Source of the DNA: Atractiella rhizophila
Taxonomy: Eukaryota
Reading direction: 5' to 3'
NCBI GenBank assembly: GCA_021432655.1
Contig: MU271297.1
Location: 32,005-96,004, forward strand
DNA: 64,000 nt
In this document: positions 35,945-49,100 of the stretch, one piece after another
Numbering within the stretch: position 1 is the first letter of the stretch
Layout of the letters: every line of letters starts with the position of its first letter
The notes under the pieces: model-generated
Told to the model about the DNA's origin: nothing
The model's database searches: none
What the model saw: only the letters and a program-made list of their open reading frames with translations
Translations under genes and position numbers: made by a program

Positions 35945-38184
35945 CTAACCCAATCTCTCATTCTTGATCCTATAGGAAAGCTCAGTACCTTCTACCCGTC
36001 AACAATATGTGAGGGACTTACCACCTCCTGAGCATCTCGAGGCTATTCTCAGGCTGATCGGTCGGTACCTTTCATCCAACATCAGTATTATCGTTCAGCA
36101 TTGGAATGTACAGTGCACGACGAACCATATGACCTGCGCCGAAGACTTTGAGGTAGGTAAAGTTGCCTGCTCCTTCACCTCCAGTCCTTACTTCACCAGC
36201 GGGTTTGCCATTAACAAAGAACAATTTGTCTTTTCCCTCTTCAAGTTCCTTCTGGAATGGTGTCGGAAGAGCGAGGACCCATCGTTTGTTTCCGATCCAG
36301 TTGCACTTGTAGTCTTCCCGGTTGTTCAGTGCGTACTCTGGAATATGGAGAGAGAGACGAACCCCATTCGCCTGCATAGATGAGCACCCTGATTCCATCC
36401 GAGATGAGCGGCTGGAGGAGGAGGGAGTTTTTGTACGAGGATTCGCCCTGCGCTTCAATCAGATGCCGATGTTCATCTCAAGAACGGAGAAGCACTCACC
36501 GCTACATATCCAGGTCAAGGAGGGTACTCAGCCAGTATTCAGTACCGGAGAAACGACCTACATAGCATGAAATTTTGGCCCACTTCATTGGTATCATCGC
36601 CTGCTCCCTTCTGTCAACTCTTGTTCCGGTGATCAGCACGAGAATGAACCATAGCTGATGTTTTTCGGCACTCCAAGCTCCTTCTTCACATCTTTTCTGT
36701 TCATATAGGCACCAACGCTCGTTGCCCAAGCGTAACAGCTCAAATCCTGTTCACCGGGACATGTCCTGCGCACGTCGAAGGGGTCCTTATTGGCTAACCC
36801 GAGATGAGGTCAGTGAAAGGACGAAAGAGGGAGCCTGGGCAACATACAATAAGAAGAGAGTTCGCCCATCAACCCAAAACCCTTCAAGACAGCAGTAGAA
36901 CAAATCAGCTGATCCCTCGTCTCGTAACACAATTCTGATAGTCGTCTGGAGACGTCCGCCTTGGAAATAGCATCGATTTCTGCGCAGATGGAGGAATTGA
37001 GGAAGCTGTATGGAGGGGAGTGGCAGGCATATTCCGTTAAAGCTGGGAACTTGAAGTGCCAGACAGCCATTAAATATGAGGAAATCGGAGATAAAAAGAT
37101 GTGGACGGACTTGGTACACTGGGTCAGTGAGCCCATTCCCAATCATGACTGTTTGGAGAGGGATGTGCAGTCCGTCCTTTGCCACGTTGTGGTTGTATAT
37201 CGCGTTGACCATATGAGGGACATAAATCCCACCGTATGACTATTGCAGGTACGTGCAGTTCAGCGATTGTTTCGAGAGTTCTGGTGTAATCGAAAAGGAC
37301 TGACCTCACCAGCGAGCGTGAATCCTCCTTTGAGATATTTGGGGAACTGCTGGTAGAAGAGCTGGAGGAAGGTCCACGCGTCCTCCGCACCTTCAACGGA
37401 GTTTGCGACTTGGTGATCATCGTCGTGATAGGAGAAGCCAACCTGAATGGCCGATACGACAGGTAAACAAGACCTGACTCTTGGAAAGAGGGGGAGAAGT
37501 CTTACGGGCACAGGTTGGTCAATGAAAATGAGATTTGCAAAGCTATTCCAAGAATATTCGTTGATGTAGGTCTCCTTTCCATCGTCGGAAACGAGACATG
37601 GTCCTATGGTGGTCTCTGTATTTGGTATTTGGTAGAGCTTGAGGAACGCACCCAACTCGCTTAACATGCCCATGAACGATGAGCCGCCTGGACCACCTGT
37701 CGCAAATTTATTCATACCCAAAGCCTGAGGACTAGCGGGTAAAGCAAGTACCTTGAATCCAAAGAATCATCTGCGCGGATGGAAAGATTGGTTCGGCATT
37801 TCATTCTTCTGAGGAAACTACGCACAGGATCGTTCTCGGGGTCACTTCTCGACTCGAAGAACCACCAAAAGATATGCTTGGTCTCAGAAATATCCATAAA
37901 TCCTGAATACTGCACAACCCCTTCTTTTTCGCAAATCTGTTGGTTATATCCAATGATATCAGTTTCGGATGACCCAAACATAATCAAGAACGCGCCTGAG
38001 GTTGTTTGTACCGCAGTTGGTATTCAGGAAATGCTTCATGTTTGAATATTCCAAACTCTCCTTCCTCTTGCTGAGAAACTGGAGGTCGGACGACCTGAAG
38101 GAGTTGTTGGTCACTTTGAAACGTGATCAAGCCTGAAAAGGCTGGCAGAATAAGAGAACCGAGGGTCAGAGCACTGAGGAGCAT
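35945..38184 (-). CDS. Serine carboxypeptidase S10 (carboxypeptidase Y-like)
   Basis: Signal peptide; [40 protein letters not shown], catalytic GESYGG, GAGHMVP.DQP. Confidence 0.92.
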
Positions 38185-38398
38185 CCTTCCAAATCACTAC
38201 GATGGACACTCTGGCGGTGGCCCCGTTATCTTCTTAAGTGTGGAGCGGCAAACTCGAATCAAGAGTCAACAATTCAAATTCATGTTTGAAATTGGAAATG
38301 GTTCCAAGGAAAATATCCGAACCTAAAATTAAGATCCACAAAGTGGAGCGGCAGGTTCCGCTTCCCGTCTCGGAAAAGAAGCGGCGTTGACCAAAAGG

Positions 38399-40101
38399 AT
38401 GGGGGAATCAAAGATTCTTGTCTTCGGTGTGACGCGCGATCTCTCGTGCTCTAACACTCACTGACATCCTGACGTAGGCAGCGGCAACTTTGGTTCATGT
38501 CTGGCGTCGCACCTCTCAGATCTGCCAACTGCCCCAACGATAAAGATCTGGTCGAGGGATGCAGCCACCGTCGAGTCTCTCAACCAAAAGCACAAGAATC
38601 CAAAGTACCTGAAGGATCACACCTTCAGAGATAATGTGGTAGCTGTGGGACCTGAGCTGCCTGAGAAGGAGGAGCTGATGCAGTGCGATGTCTGGATTTG
38701 GGCGGTACCTATGCAAGGAGCTCGGTTTGTATTTTTTCATGCTCGATTATTGCGATTTTAGATGTCCATATTCGCAATTTGGCGAATAGGAAGGTCATGG
38801 AGCAAGTTCGGCAGAAGATTGGCGATGTAGAAGTGCCTACGAGCGTGTATGTAGCTAAGGGTGCATCTGGTCTTCTTGCCTCACAGTTTGATTCGACTTA
38901 CCCGTTCAATGAAGGAATCGAAACTGACACTCACCTCCTCCCCATACAAGTCATCTCTCAATCGCTCGGCAAAGACGCAGCTCGCAACGCCGTCTTCCTC
39001 AGCGGTCCCTCATTTGCACAAGAAAGTGCGTCTCCGTGTTCATTCTCCCACAAATCTCAAATTAATGTCATTGGGGGATACAGTAATGAACCGACAGCCG
39101 ACCCAAGTGACCATTTCTTCATTTTCTTCTGCACACGCACGACAAGTAGCTGGCCTCTTCCACCAGCCACACTTCATGTCAGTCTGGCCAACTTTTCCTC
39201 CGCCACTTCTCACTGGATGATTAAAAGGTGTTATATCCACCCAGACCCTATCGGAGTGGAGATCGCCGGCGCGCTCAAGAACGTGTATGCGATCGCGAGT
39301 GGAGCGGCTGAGGGATTGGGATACGGAGCTAACACGCGTGCTGGTGCGTCATGCGCCACCCCATCTTTCACCTTTACCGCCTTTGCAGCGCAGATGCAGA
39401 TGCGAACGATAGAGGTGACGATATGGACACAGTACTGATGCCACGTGAGGATAGGACTGGTGACCCGAGCACTCGCAGGTCCTATTCCTCTCCTCCCCTT
39501 CGACGACATGACATGTCTGACGAACTGAGAAGAAATGACCCGGATCGGCGTTCGGATGGGCGCTGAACCTCTCACGTACGTCACTTCCCTCCCTCCTTCC
39601 CTCCACCTAATTCAATCGATCTTGGAACGCACTGACTAAAAGTACAGATTCTTGAGTCTGGCAGGAGTTGGCGACCTGTTCCTCACCTGCTCATCCGAAA
39701 AGTCTCGTAACTTCACCGTCGGCCGTCGTCTAGGTTCAGGCGAGAAAGTACGTCACTTCTCCCTGCCTCCGCAGATTCAGACTGTGTATTGATCAATTAA
39801 TCATTTATGAAAGCTCGACCACATCCTCGCCACGTTGGGTTCGGTCGCAGAGGGCGTACAGACCTGTCTCGGTGCTCACCAGATCATCACCAAGCTCGGC
39901 ATCCAGGCACCTATCGCGGAGGCCGTATATAGCGCTTTGCACGAGGGCGGGACAGTCACGGACCTGGCGAGTTATCTCCAAAGCTTTCCGGTGATGAGGG
40001 AGCTCGCTTTGGATGATAGGGATAGAAGTGGGAATGGCGGTAACGGGAATGGTGGTGGGAATGGGGAGACGATGAACATCAAGGAGGAGTTGGGTCTGTA
40101 A
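38399..40101 (+). CDS. NAD(P)-dependent glycerol-3-phosphate dehydrogenase (GpsA-like)
   Basis: [55 protein letters not shown]; 8 introns. Confidence 0.9.
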
Positions 40102-40290
40102 CTGTACAATTTGATTAACATTGGCAATCTTCTTTTCGAACTGGAGCAACGTGCAATGCAAAAAAACTTGTGATCGTATATTTCAGCACCGGAATAACGT
40201 TACAGAATATTGCGTGTGTTACAGACAACCCGAAAGAGGACATGGGAGTAAGATTACATATTTACAGTACCAGTACTTTAATCGCTATTT

Positions 40291-42324
40291 TCAAGCATCC
40301 TTATGATCCTCAGGTGCCTTTTCGCTGGGAGGTTTCGACTTCTTATTACTATCCGGAATGTTAGGATCTGCATCTCTGGCCTTCTGGAAGTTCTTGAGAA
40401 TGGTTGGCAAGATCGCGGTCTGTTCACACGTAGACCATCAGAAATATTCAAGCTGAGAGGAGCTTTTTGGGATGACGCACCCGGACAACTTTTCCGATGT
40501 CATCTTTGAAGGGTATGTCTTGGATGGGCAAGTCCGGCATGAGGAAAGGCCAAGTGGTTCCCCATTCAACTTGGGCTGGATCAGCCCATATTTCAAAGGA
40601 GAGGAGACGAATGCTCACAGATAAGCAGGAGGACTCCGAAATATTGCCGCCTGCTCAGAGCACAATCAGTCTTGTCTAGTCGTTTCAGGTCGAAAAATGA
40701 ATAAAACCGACCCTTGCCTCCAATAATCGCTCCATTGCTTCTCAGTCTTCTTTTGACCAAAGAAATCATCAATCTCCACATTGTCCACCCAATCCAGCCT
40801 CTCAAAGTTCCCCCAATTCCGTCCCCACCTTGTTCTCCCCATATTCTTCACGCGAATGGGCATCGCAGTATCTGGGACCCAACCCTCTTGGGTTGCGTAA
40901 CCGAAGATGGTGTGCAGAGCCAACGCGGCGTAACTCGCCTTGGACTCGTCCAATCCGAGCACTTGAAGACCTTTGATCGTGTCGGATTTGTGGACGATTC
41001 CATCGCCGTCTGGGTCGAAGAAAGTAGGGATGGCCGCGAGTTTACCTGTCAGAACAGACAAATCAGTATTTAGAGCGCAATCACAAAGAAGTCAGAGTCA
41101 GCAACGCACCGGTTAGCTTTAGGGCTTGCGACGTCAAATCCGTTACCGTCTTGATGGCACCAATGGGGAGTCCATTAATCTGCAATCCGTCGAGTCCTCA
41201 GCATCGACACAGAAGCTTGCAAAATGGAAAGACCAAAAAAAAGAAACGAGACATACCACACCTCCCACTCCCTCTCCTAAATCGGCTGCCAGCCCTCCTA
41301 GTCCTTCTAGCGCCTTCAATCCGACACCCACAGGCTCAAAGATCTTGCCACTGCTCTCCGCCGCCAGATTGACCACTCCTCCAACTGCCGTGTTCCCAAT
41401 CCCAACAACACCACCAGCAACATTGGCGCCCGCATCCAATCCCGATCTCGAAACTTGACCAGCGATCTTGAGGCCCGCCGAAGTGGCATCTGCAAGCAAT
41501 TGACCGCCAGATTTGACAGCGTCGCCGGTGGCCGCTCCAACAGCAGAAGCTCCCTTCCCAAGAGCGGTAACTCCCTCTCCAGCACCCTTCCCAAGAGCGG
41601 AGACTCCGGATCCTGCTCCCCTACCGATGAAGGAAACTCCATCTCCAGCCCCTTTACCGATGGCGGAGATGCCGCTGCCTACTCCTTGGCCCACAGTCGA
41701 TACTGCTCCGAACAAACCACCTCCACCTCCCTCTTTAGCCTTTGGCTCCTCCGCATTCTTAGTCGAAACGGCAGGTGCCTCGTCTTTCGCTTCTTTCGTT
41801 ATATCAGAGATTGGATTAGGATTCGAAGGGGATGCCGCCTGTGCAGGAGAGGTTGCACCTTCTTTCCCGCCGCCACCAAATACGCCAGATACTCCTTTGC
41901 CCAGGTAGCCCACTCCATCTCCGACTCCACTCCCTATACCCCTCACTCCGCTCTCAAGATTCGATCCAATGCCTCCCAGCAACCCCCCACCAGCTTTCTT
42001 GGGAGGTTCTTCCTTCCCCTTCTCTTGAGGTGAGAAATGGGGAGATGGAGCACGCGGTGGTTTGGGATTCTCGTCCGTGAGGGAGGACGGAGTAGGATTC
42101 TTTGGACGTAGATCAGGAGCGCTGAGTTCCCCTTTGAACTTTCCGACGTCGTCCCTGGGAGGGATTGAACGCGGTCCGGCGTGGTCGTCCAGCAAGGCAG
42201 AAGGAGGTGCGCTCCGCTTCTGACTGTTGTCTGCCAGTGGAAGTGGCTCGCGAGATTTGATTGGGAGAGGCTCTTTGGGCTTTTTGGTGGTGAGGTCGGT
42301 GAGTGGTTTGGTGAGGAAAGACAT
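40291..42324 (-). CDS. Caleosin-like protein with long Gly-rich 11-mer-repeat N-terminal extension
   Basis: FFDPDGDGIV EF-hand-like motif, GWVPD..PI.V.N, EWGTTW; repeats such as GVSALGKGAGE. Confidence 0.7.
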
Positions 42325-43268
42325 GTTCGTTCGAATGTTAATCGTTATCGTTATCTAGGTCGTACTGTTGTGCGTGATATTAGGGGGGTGGGCCAGCGAA
42401 TGAGAGCTTTATAGGAGGAAAGAGCTGAGGATGAGTGGAAGGAAGAGTGACAACGGTGTGATGTAGGATCCATGATGACGACATCACGTCACCTCCTTCA
42501 GAATGGGAATTCAGATGGTCGCATTTCAGTACCAGTTCTCTATTACCGCGATGCGACAATATTGCTGCCTGAACCAGGACTGAACCTGACATTGCAGGTT
42601 ACAAGTCTATTTGCTATATAACCTTGAGACGGAACGATTCGAACATCAACGGAACATTGCCTATTTCCTATTTCGGACGCCGAAATTGAACTGTTCTCAA
42701 CCAGCGCAGCGCACATTCCGTTCAGGACAAAGACAGAGCGGGAGTCAAAGCTACCTTGAAAGCCATTCCGCTTCGTGGGGCTGTGATACGTTTGGGGTGG
42801 ATGTGTGCAAGTGTCAATGTTCGAGGTAACGCCTTTCATCGAGAATTGGGCCTTCGAACTCGGAACGTAACACGTACTGAACGTTGTACCGCTGGAACCT
42901 TGAACACTATATTCTAATGTACCCCCTCGATTCATTCTGGATAGTTTTCTCAATCGTTGCGCACACACACGGAGCTGTCGTCGGACAATGTCTCTGACAG
43001 GGTTCCATCATCCCAATATGCTCATCCATGGAATCCATTTTAGGCTGCAAAAGGGTGATCATAATACAGATAGCATGCTAGCTTCGTTTTATATATTAGC
43101 CTTCCACACCATTTTACCTACGGTGCCAGATATATGACATCATATGAACACTCCTGACTTGTTTTGCAGGTAGAGAGCCATTTCAATATCAACCTCCCAC
43201 ATCTTCCGTCCGCTTTCTTCATTCAATTCACCAGCGATTTGATTACATCCACCAACTCCCGCTGTGAA

Positions 43269-44507
43269 ATGGCTCAAAAACTGCCCCCAGAGGTTGTTGC
43301 CCACATCCTGTCGGAGCATGAGAAACCAATCGATGTTTCCTGGTCCCTCATGTCTGACCTCTCATTGATCATCTTGGCCGGTATCTGAGGATAATACAGT
43401 GCACGAAATTGGACTCACGAAGTTCGACGGGCTTTCTTTCGCGATGTCACCCTGCACACAGAGAGTTCAAGCACCGCGGATAAGCCTTCCGTCAAGGCGT
43501 TCAAGCGTGCCCTGAAATCACAGGCGTTGTTGTGGTTAAAGGGGATGATACAATCTCTCATACTAATCTGTTGGAACCCTTTCCTGAATGAGGAAAAGGC
43601 ATCAAAGTGGGAGCAGATGAGGACAAGTATTTCCAAGTATTGGACTGAAACGACAGACAGAGACTTGATCTCGCTCGAGGACTATCCGAGGAAACTGCCA
43701 GCACTCAGAAACGTTTCTATTTTCCGCCACTCAGCCGCACCATGTTTTACGACAGAGAACGTTCTCATGCCATTTTGTGGACTGTCGCTCGATTCTTTTT
43801 CGATCTTTGACGACACTTTTTTCTCTTTGTTCCCGGGATGTAACCCTCTTTTCAACAGCCTTACACTGAAAAGCTTTAGCATTGAAATGCGACGACCGTT
43901 TAATTTCCAGAGTTGGAACGAGAAGGAAAGGCTTCAGCTTTCTCCTCTTCAAACTCTTAGTTTCAATTACAATGACAGCACCTATCATCGACACTTCTCC
44001 CATGATTTCGAGAACCTTTTGACCTGCACATCTTCTATCCAAGAGCTGTGCGTCGGCTATTTTTCGATCAGGACACTTCCCACACTCGGCAATCTGCCTG
44101 TCATTCGAGGCCTCAAGAATCTTTCCCTTCAGAGATTTATCTGTCCAGAAGCGGTCCTCAACAAGCTCATCTCCTCTTGCAAAGTTTTGGAATATCTCGC
44201 TCTGAACGAAGTGCAGTGGACCGCAAGTCTGTTTCCTCACTTGCCACATTCTTTACGCTCTCTCACCTTATCGATTCCCAATACTTCATATGTGACACCA
44301 ACAGATATTCAAGATGCAATACTTGAAAGGGCAGCAGGCACATGGGCACATGTACCTCTCCTCGCACACTTCACCTGTGAGGCGAACCTCGAAGTTATGC
44401 CGCCAGAGCCATTATGGGACGACGGGAGCTGTGCAAGTTTGGAAATGAATTTGAAGGATAGCAGAAAGGAGTGTAGTTTCAAGTTTCGTTGCAAAACCTG
44501 GCGCTAG
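43269..44507 (+). CDS. F-box/RNI-like LRR protein
   Basis: MAQKLPPEVVAHIL...|CARNWTHEVRRAFFRDVTL, followed by LxxLxL repeats (LKNLSL, LEYLAL, LRSLTL). Confidence 0.65.
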
Positions 44508-46149
44508 ACTTTCTGTCATTCCCCTCCGTACTCCTGCGTCAACGGCTATCCACATCTTGGGATTGTTAATTCAAGTTCCACTCAAATATTCTATAGAATG
44601 TTCTCCAAATACATTTCAAAAGACAAAGCATATCGTCCGCATTGCCCAACATTTGTGCTTCTCAAGCCTTTCTTTTTAAGTCCTTTCATAAGGGACAGCA
44701 GCAATGCGTGAACCGTCCTTTTTTGGGTTGCATTGGAGAGTAAGCAATAGCATCAGACTTTGGTGCTCACATTAGAAATTAGAAGGATGCTGGAGCCAGT
44801 GGTCTCGCTTGCTCGGATAGAATTACATGGCATGCTGGATTTCGTCCAGCAAAGATTGCTGTCTCCCCCTTCCAACGTTGACATTGACATTGACAGCAAC
44901 TCCGCCGCAATACTTTATCGCTCAGAGTCACGTCCCACTGCACTCAACCGTGGACTCAACCAGACTAACGATAAAATGGGATCTCCACTGTGGCTCCGAA
45001 CGATGCGAAAGTCGACGCACCGGAAGTTAGGACGCTCCGTCCCTGTCAAAGATTGCGTTCAACTGGTGGTGACAGGGACTGAATGTGCGGAGGCGATAGT
45101 GGATCTCTCTGTAATTGCAAGCTTGTACGCTAGTCTATGACGACTTGCATCGTTTATGCTGGGTTGTATCATGGGATATGCTAATCGTTGTGGCTCGGCA
45201 AATTGGGGCGGGTGAGTCGAGGCGGGCGCAATCAATTGCTGGATGCAGCTCTGTGAGCTCGCTCGCTCAACTCTCTCTCTCCCCAATCCTCTGTCTCAAG
45301 GCAGGCTAAAATTGAACCTCCTCTGCAGAATCTGTACTTTTACCGTATTTTTCTTGCATGATAATAACAAGCATTTCAATGTGAAAGCGGGGAGCAGCAG
45401 TGCTCTAAAGCCTGTATATATATGTGAGCTATCTCTGTCCTCACGGCGCATTCAGCCGTACGCCAAAAGCCGCGACAAGCAGGACAACACTCTTATTCCC
45501 GAATGAACTCATGAACTCGATCTTCATCGCTTCATAGCCAAGCATATTAATCATAGCTTTAATTTCTTGTTCCCAAGCTCACTTCGGTCCAAATCCCTGC
45601 TGCAGCAACTCCACAGAGAAAGAGAAAGCAACTCCGACAGAAAGCAAGGAGAAGAAGATGCCAGATCAGAGGCTCTCCGAAGTTATCCACACATACAAGG
45701 TGGATTAATAAGAGTTATCCCACAATTCCCTCGGTGGTTATCATAGGCGGACGCTGATACACATGCACATGGCACGTTCGGACTCCGGGTGCGCTGCCAA
45801 CCTTAAGAGGCTAGGTCGTGATCTGGTGTGCTATGTGCGTGGCATGCCAAAGTCTCCCGTTCCGATACATACACGACCATCTCCTCTCTCTTCTCTCTGC
45901 TCGTCCTGATAGTGGTGAGTAGCAGATTTGTGAGTGTTGGTTCGAAGTTTACTGGGTCGACAGTTGGAAGTGGAAGAGATCGGCAACTCCGTCGGCCCTT
46001 AGGTGGTCAATTCACGTACACAGAGTATGTCCTTCTTCCTTCTCCCACTTCTTCTTCTTCCCTTGGCTGGCATATTATCCATCCACTGCCATAACGACAT
46101 AACCATTCTATTCCTCTAATCACAACAAGCATCTAACTACGCATCGTCG

Positions 46150-49100
46150 ATGAAGAGCCCAGAGCACAGCAAACCAACCTCCCGACGGTCTCGCGACTTT
46201 GCGCTCTTCAAAACCGAGCCACCACCACCACCACAGATCAACACCGACGAATTCCCTCCCTTCCCCTCCTCCTCTCCCTACTACGGCCCACCGCGCTCCG
46301 CCTCGCCCTCCCGCGAGCCCATCAACCTCCCCCACTCCTCCTCCTCCCGCTCCCCCGCGCCATCAAGGCCTAGAAGGACCTCGAGCACCAAGTCATCCCC
46401 CAACACAAAGAGGATGGCCGCCCCAACGCCGAGTCAGAAACTGACCATCCGCCCTCCGCCCCATGTAGACTTCGTACAGGGCTTCCCAGGTGTCCCGCCT
46501 CTCCCTATCACCTTGCAGATCAACTCGCCAAAGGGTCAGGGCCAGAGGTTACCCGCTCATTTGGCGGGTACGGTAGAGATTAGACCTGGACCGAAGGGTG
46601 TCAAGGTGTCCTGGTTGCGCATAGAGTTGAAGAAGGTCGAAATCGTCCCGGCGGGGACGGAGGGTGGAGGGAGAGAGAGACATGCTGAGTTGATTGGGAG
46701 TGGGCCGCAGGTGTTGTGGAGGAAGGGGAAGGCCGGTGCAAAGGCTGACGAGGAGTGGGAAACCATGATGAATGTGCGTATCTTTCTTTGTTGATCTTTT
46801 ATCCTTATCTTTTATGATGGGGTTGTGTGCTTTATTTCGGAGTGGAGTTCTATCGTCTGAAGGGTGTGCGTGTAACTTTTATGGAGAAGGAGGAGAAGAA
46901 GTGTTTTGTTGTCTCTCAGATGTGAGGGAGTTATTTTAATGCTTTCTTTTTCTGGTGACGGGGTAGCTGGAATTCCTTGCTCGCTCTGTCTAGCTGAGGG
47001 TGACCACCTTGTGTGGGTGAAAGCTTCCACGTTGGATATCCAGCGAGGTGACAATCCGTGGAGATTGTGAGGGTGAAGATCCTGTCAAAGTTTCCCTCAT
47101 CACATTCTTCTCATGTGTTCCACTTCCGTCACGGAACACCAAGCAGTTCCAACTCATTGTTATCTTCCCTTCCCAACAACCATCACACCATTCAAGATGG
47201 GTCGTAGGATCATTCCCTCTTGATCCATTTGGGAGAAGTGGAAGCTGGCACCAACCTGCAATGCAGGGCAACGGGCCGGATAACCTCCGCACGTTCTTGT
47301 ATCTCCTGCTCATTCTCCACAAACCCAAAAGCACGTGCATGTATCGCTAATGAAAAAAAAACAGCGCGACTTTCCCTTCTCGATCGCCATCCCCGAAGGT
47401 CTGCCGCCCACCGTCGTCCTCGACGCCAAAGGCTGTGGAGTCTTCTACGAACTCGTAGCCTCCCTAGCGACAAAGCCGAAAAAGTCTTTCCTGTCCTCGT
47501 CGAAACAACCGCTGCTCATTCAAACTGTGCCGATAACGTTGGAGAAACATGACCTTCATTGCGCTTGGCCGATTTATCGTCCTATCCCGCCGGAGACTAG
47601 GAATGTCATTTTGCAGGAAGAGACGGGAGGCGTGGCGATGAGCTTTGAGAGGAAACTCACTTGTTATGGACCGGGAGATAGCGTTTGGGTCAGACTTGTT
47701 TTTAAGAGTGAGAGAGTTCGACCGGTACGGGTTAGGGGAATTGAGGTTGTGATTTCCGAAACGGTGCGTACCAACCTTGCTTTCTAAAGAAAGATGTAAT
47801 TGATGGGACATCGGTGGATGGGAATAGATAACTTTCCGTCCAATGGTGACGAACTCGAAAGGATCGAAAACGCTCTCCACGAATGCAGAACAACGAACGT
47901 CGCTGATCGTAGACTCCAAAGTCGTTCCCAACCAGATGCTCTATCGTGGAGAGCCCTTCACCATAGACATCAAAGGCACCGTCCCACCGAACCATCCTCG
48001 AGTGACGGTCCGGACGGCGAAGCACATCCAGGTGGCTTACCAACTTGCGGTCCGTGCGCTCCTCGACGGATTCGAGAATGGAAAGGACAGGGAACTCATC
48101 GTCGATCATCTTCCCACTACTATTTCTGGATTCCCGTTTAAGCAGGGAGCGTTGTTGTTGGAGAAGATTGGATGGGATGAGCGGTTGTGTGCTGGGAGGG
48201 GGATGCCGGAGAGTGGGAATTCGAGCGGTCAGGGTATTAGTCCGGGACCTTCGACGTCTATCCCTCAGGAGGATAAACCGCTGCCTACACCGGCGAATTT
48301 GAGCAGTGGTATAGCGACGGGATCTGGAGACCATCGGTTCGCGAATGGCTCTGGTTCTTCGAGGCTCTCGATGGCCCCTCACCAGCTTCCAACTCATCAG
48401 CAATCTCCTCCGGGTTCGAGATTGACAACTCCGACCACAGTTCCTCAGCCGAACTTTGGAGGGTTTTCTGAGACGTTGGCGACCGGAGTGGCAACAGGAT
48501 TTGCTGGAGGTCCTTCCGGAATTGGAGGCGCTTCACCAATGGGAAGGACGTTAAATCCGAAGTCGAGCAACGGCCAACTGTCGGTCAACAATGTGCCACA
48601 GTCTGCTCATCCTGGATTCGCCTCAGCTGCATCCTCACCCCTCCATCCAGCCTCTGCCTTCCCTACTTCCCCAGCTGCTGCACCTGGTGCTTCTTATTCC
48701 CCCGCAGCTCCTCCCTTGTCCAGCATCGGCGCTAGTTCTGGTTATGTGCCACCCCCGCCGCCGTTGGGTGAGAAAGCACAGTTGATGGCTGCAGACGGCA
48801 TTAGTGCAAGCCTGCCGTCTGCAAATCAAACAGGTTCGTGCCATTCTCTCCTTCTCTCGCAGGCAGAAGACTGATACTGTCGGTCTTGACAAAGGGAGAG
48901 GAGCCGGGTTTCGGATCACAAACCCTTCGACAGAGGAGAGAAAGCCGGCGTGGCAATCGGCGGAGGACGAAAAGAAGCGGTTGGGAGAGAAACTTGCACT
49001 GGAGAGGCAGCAGGAAAGTGGCTTGCAGCGTCAGGGTACATCCTCTGCACTACCCATGTCTCAACCTTCCCCGTCCCCTCAACCTCAACCCCAACTCCAA

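Noticed and set aside
45683..45691. TTATCCACA (bacterial DnaA box) with a nearby partial repeat and small hairpin
   Set aside because: Single exact copy in a eukaryotic intergenic region; compatible with chance.
44600..46100. Intergenic ORFs, a TATATATA run and a hairpin near 45430-45490
   Set aside because: No snoRNA boxes or convincing coding signal identified.
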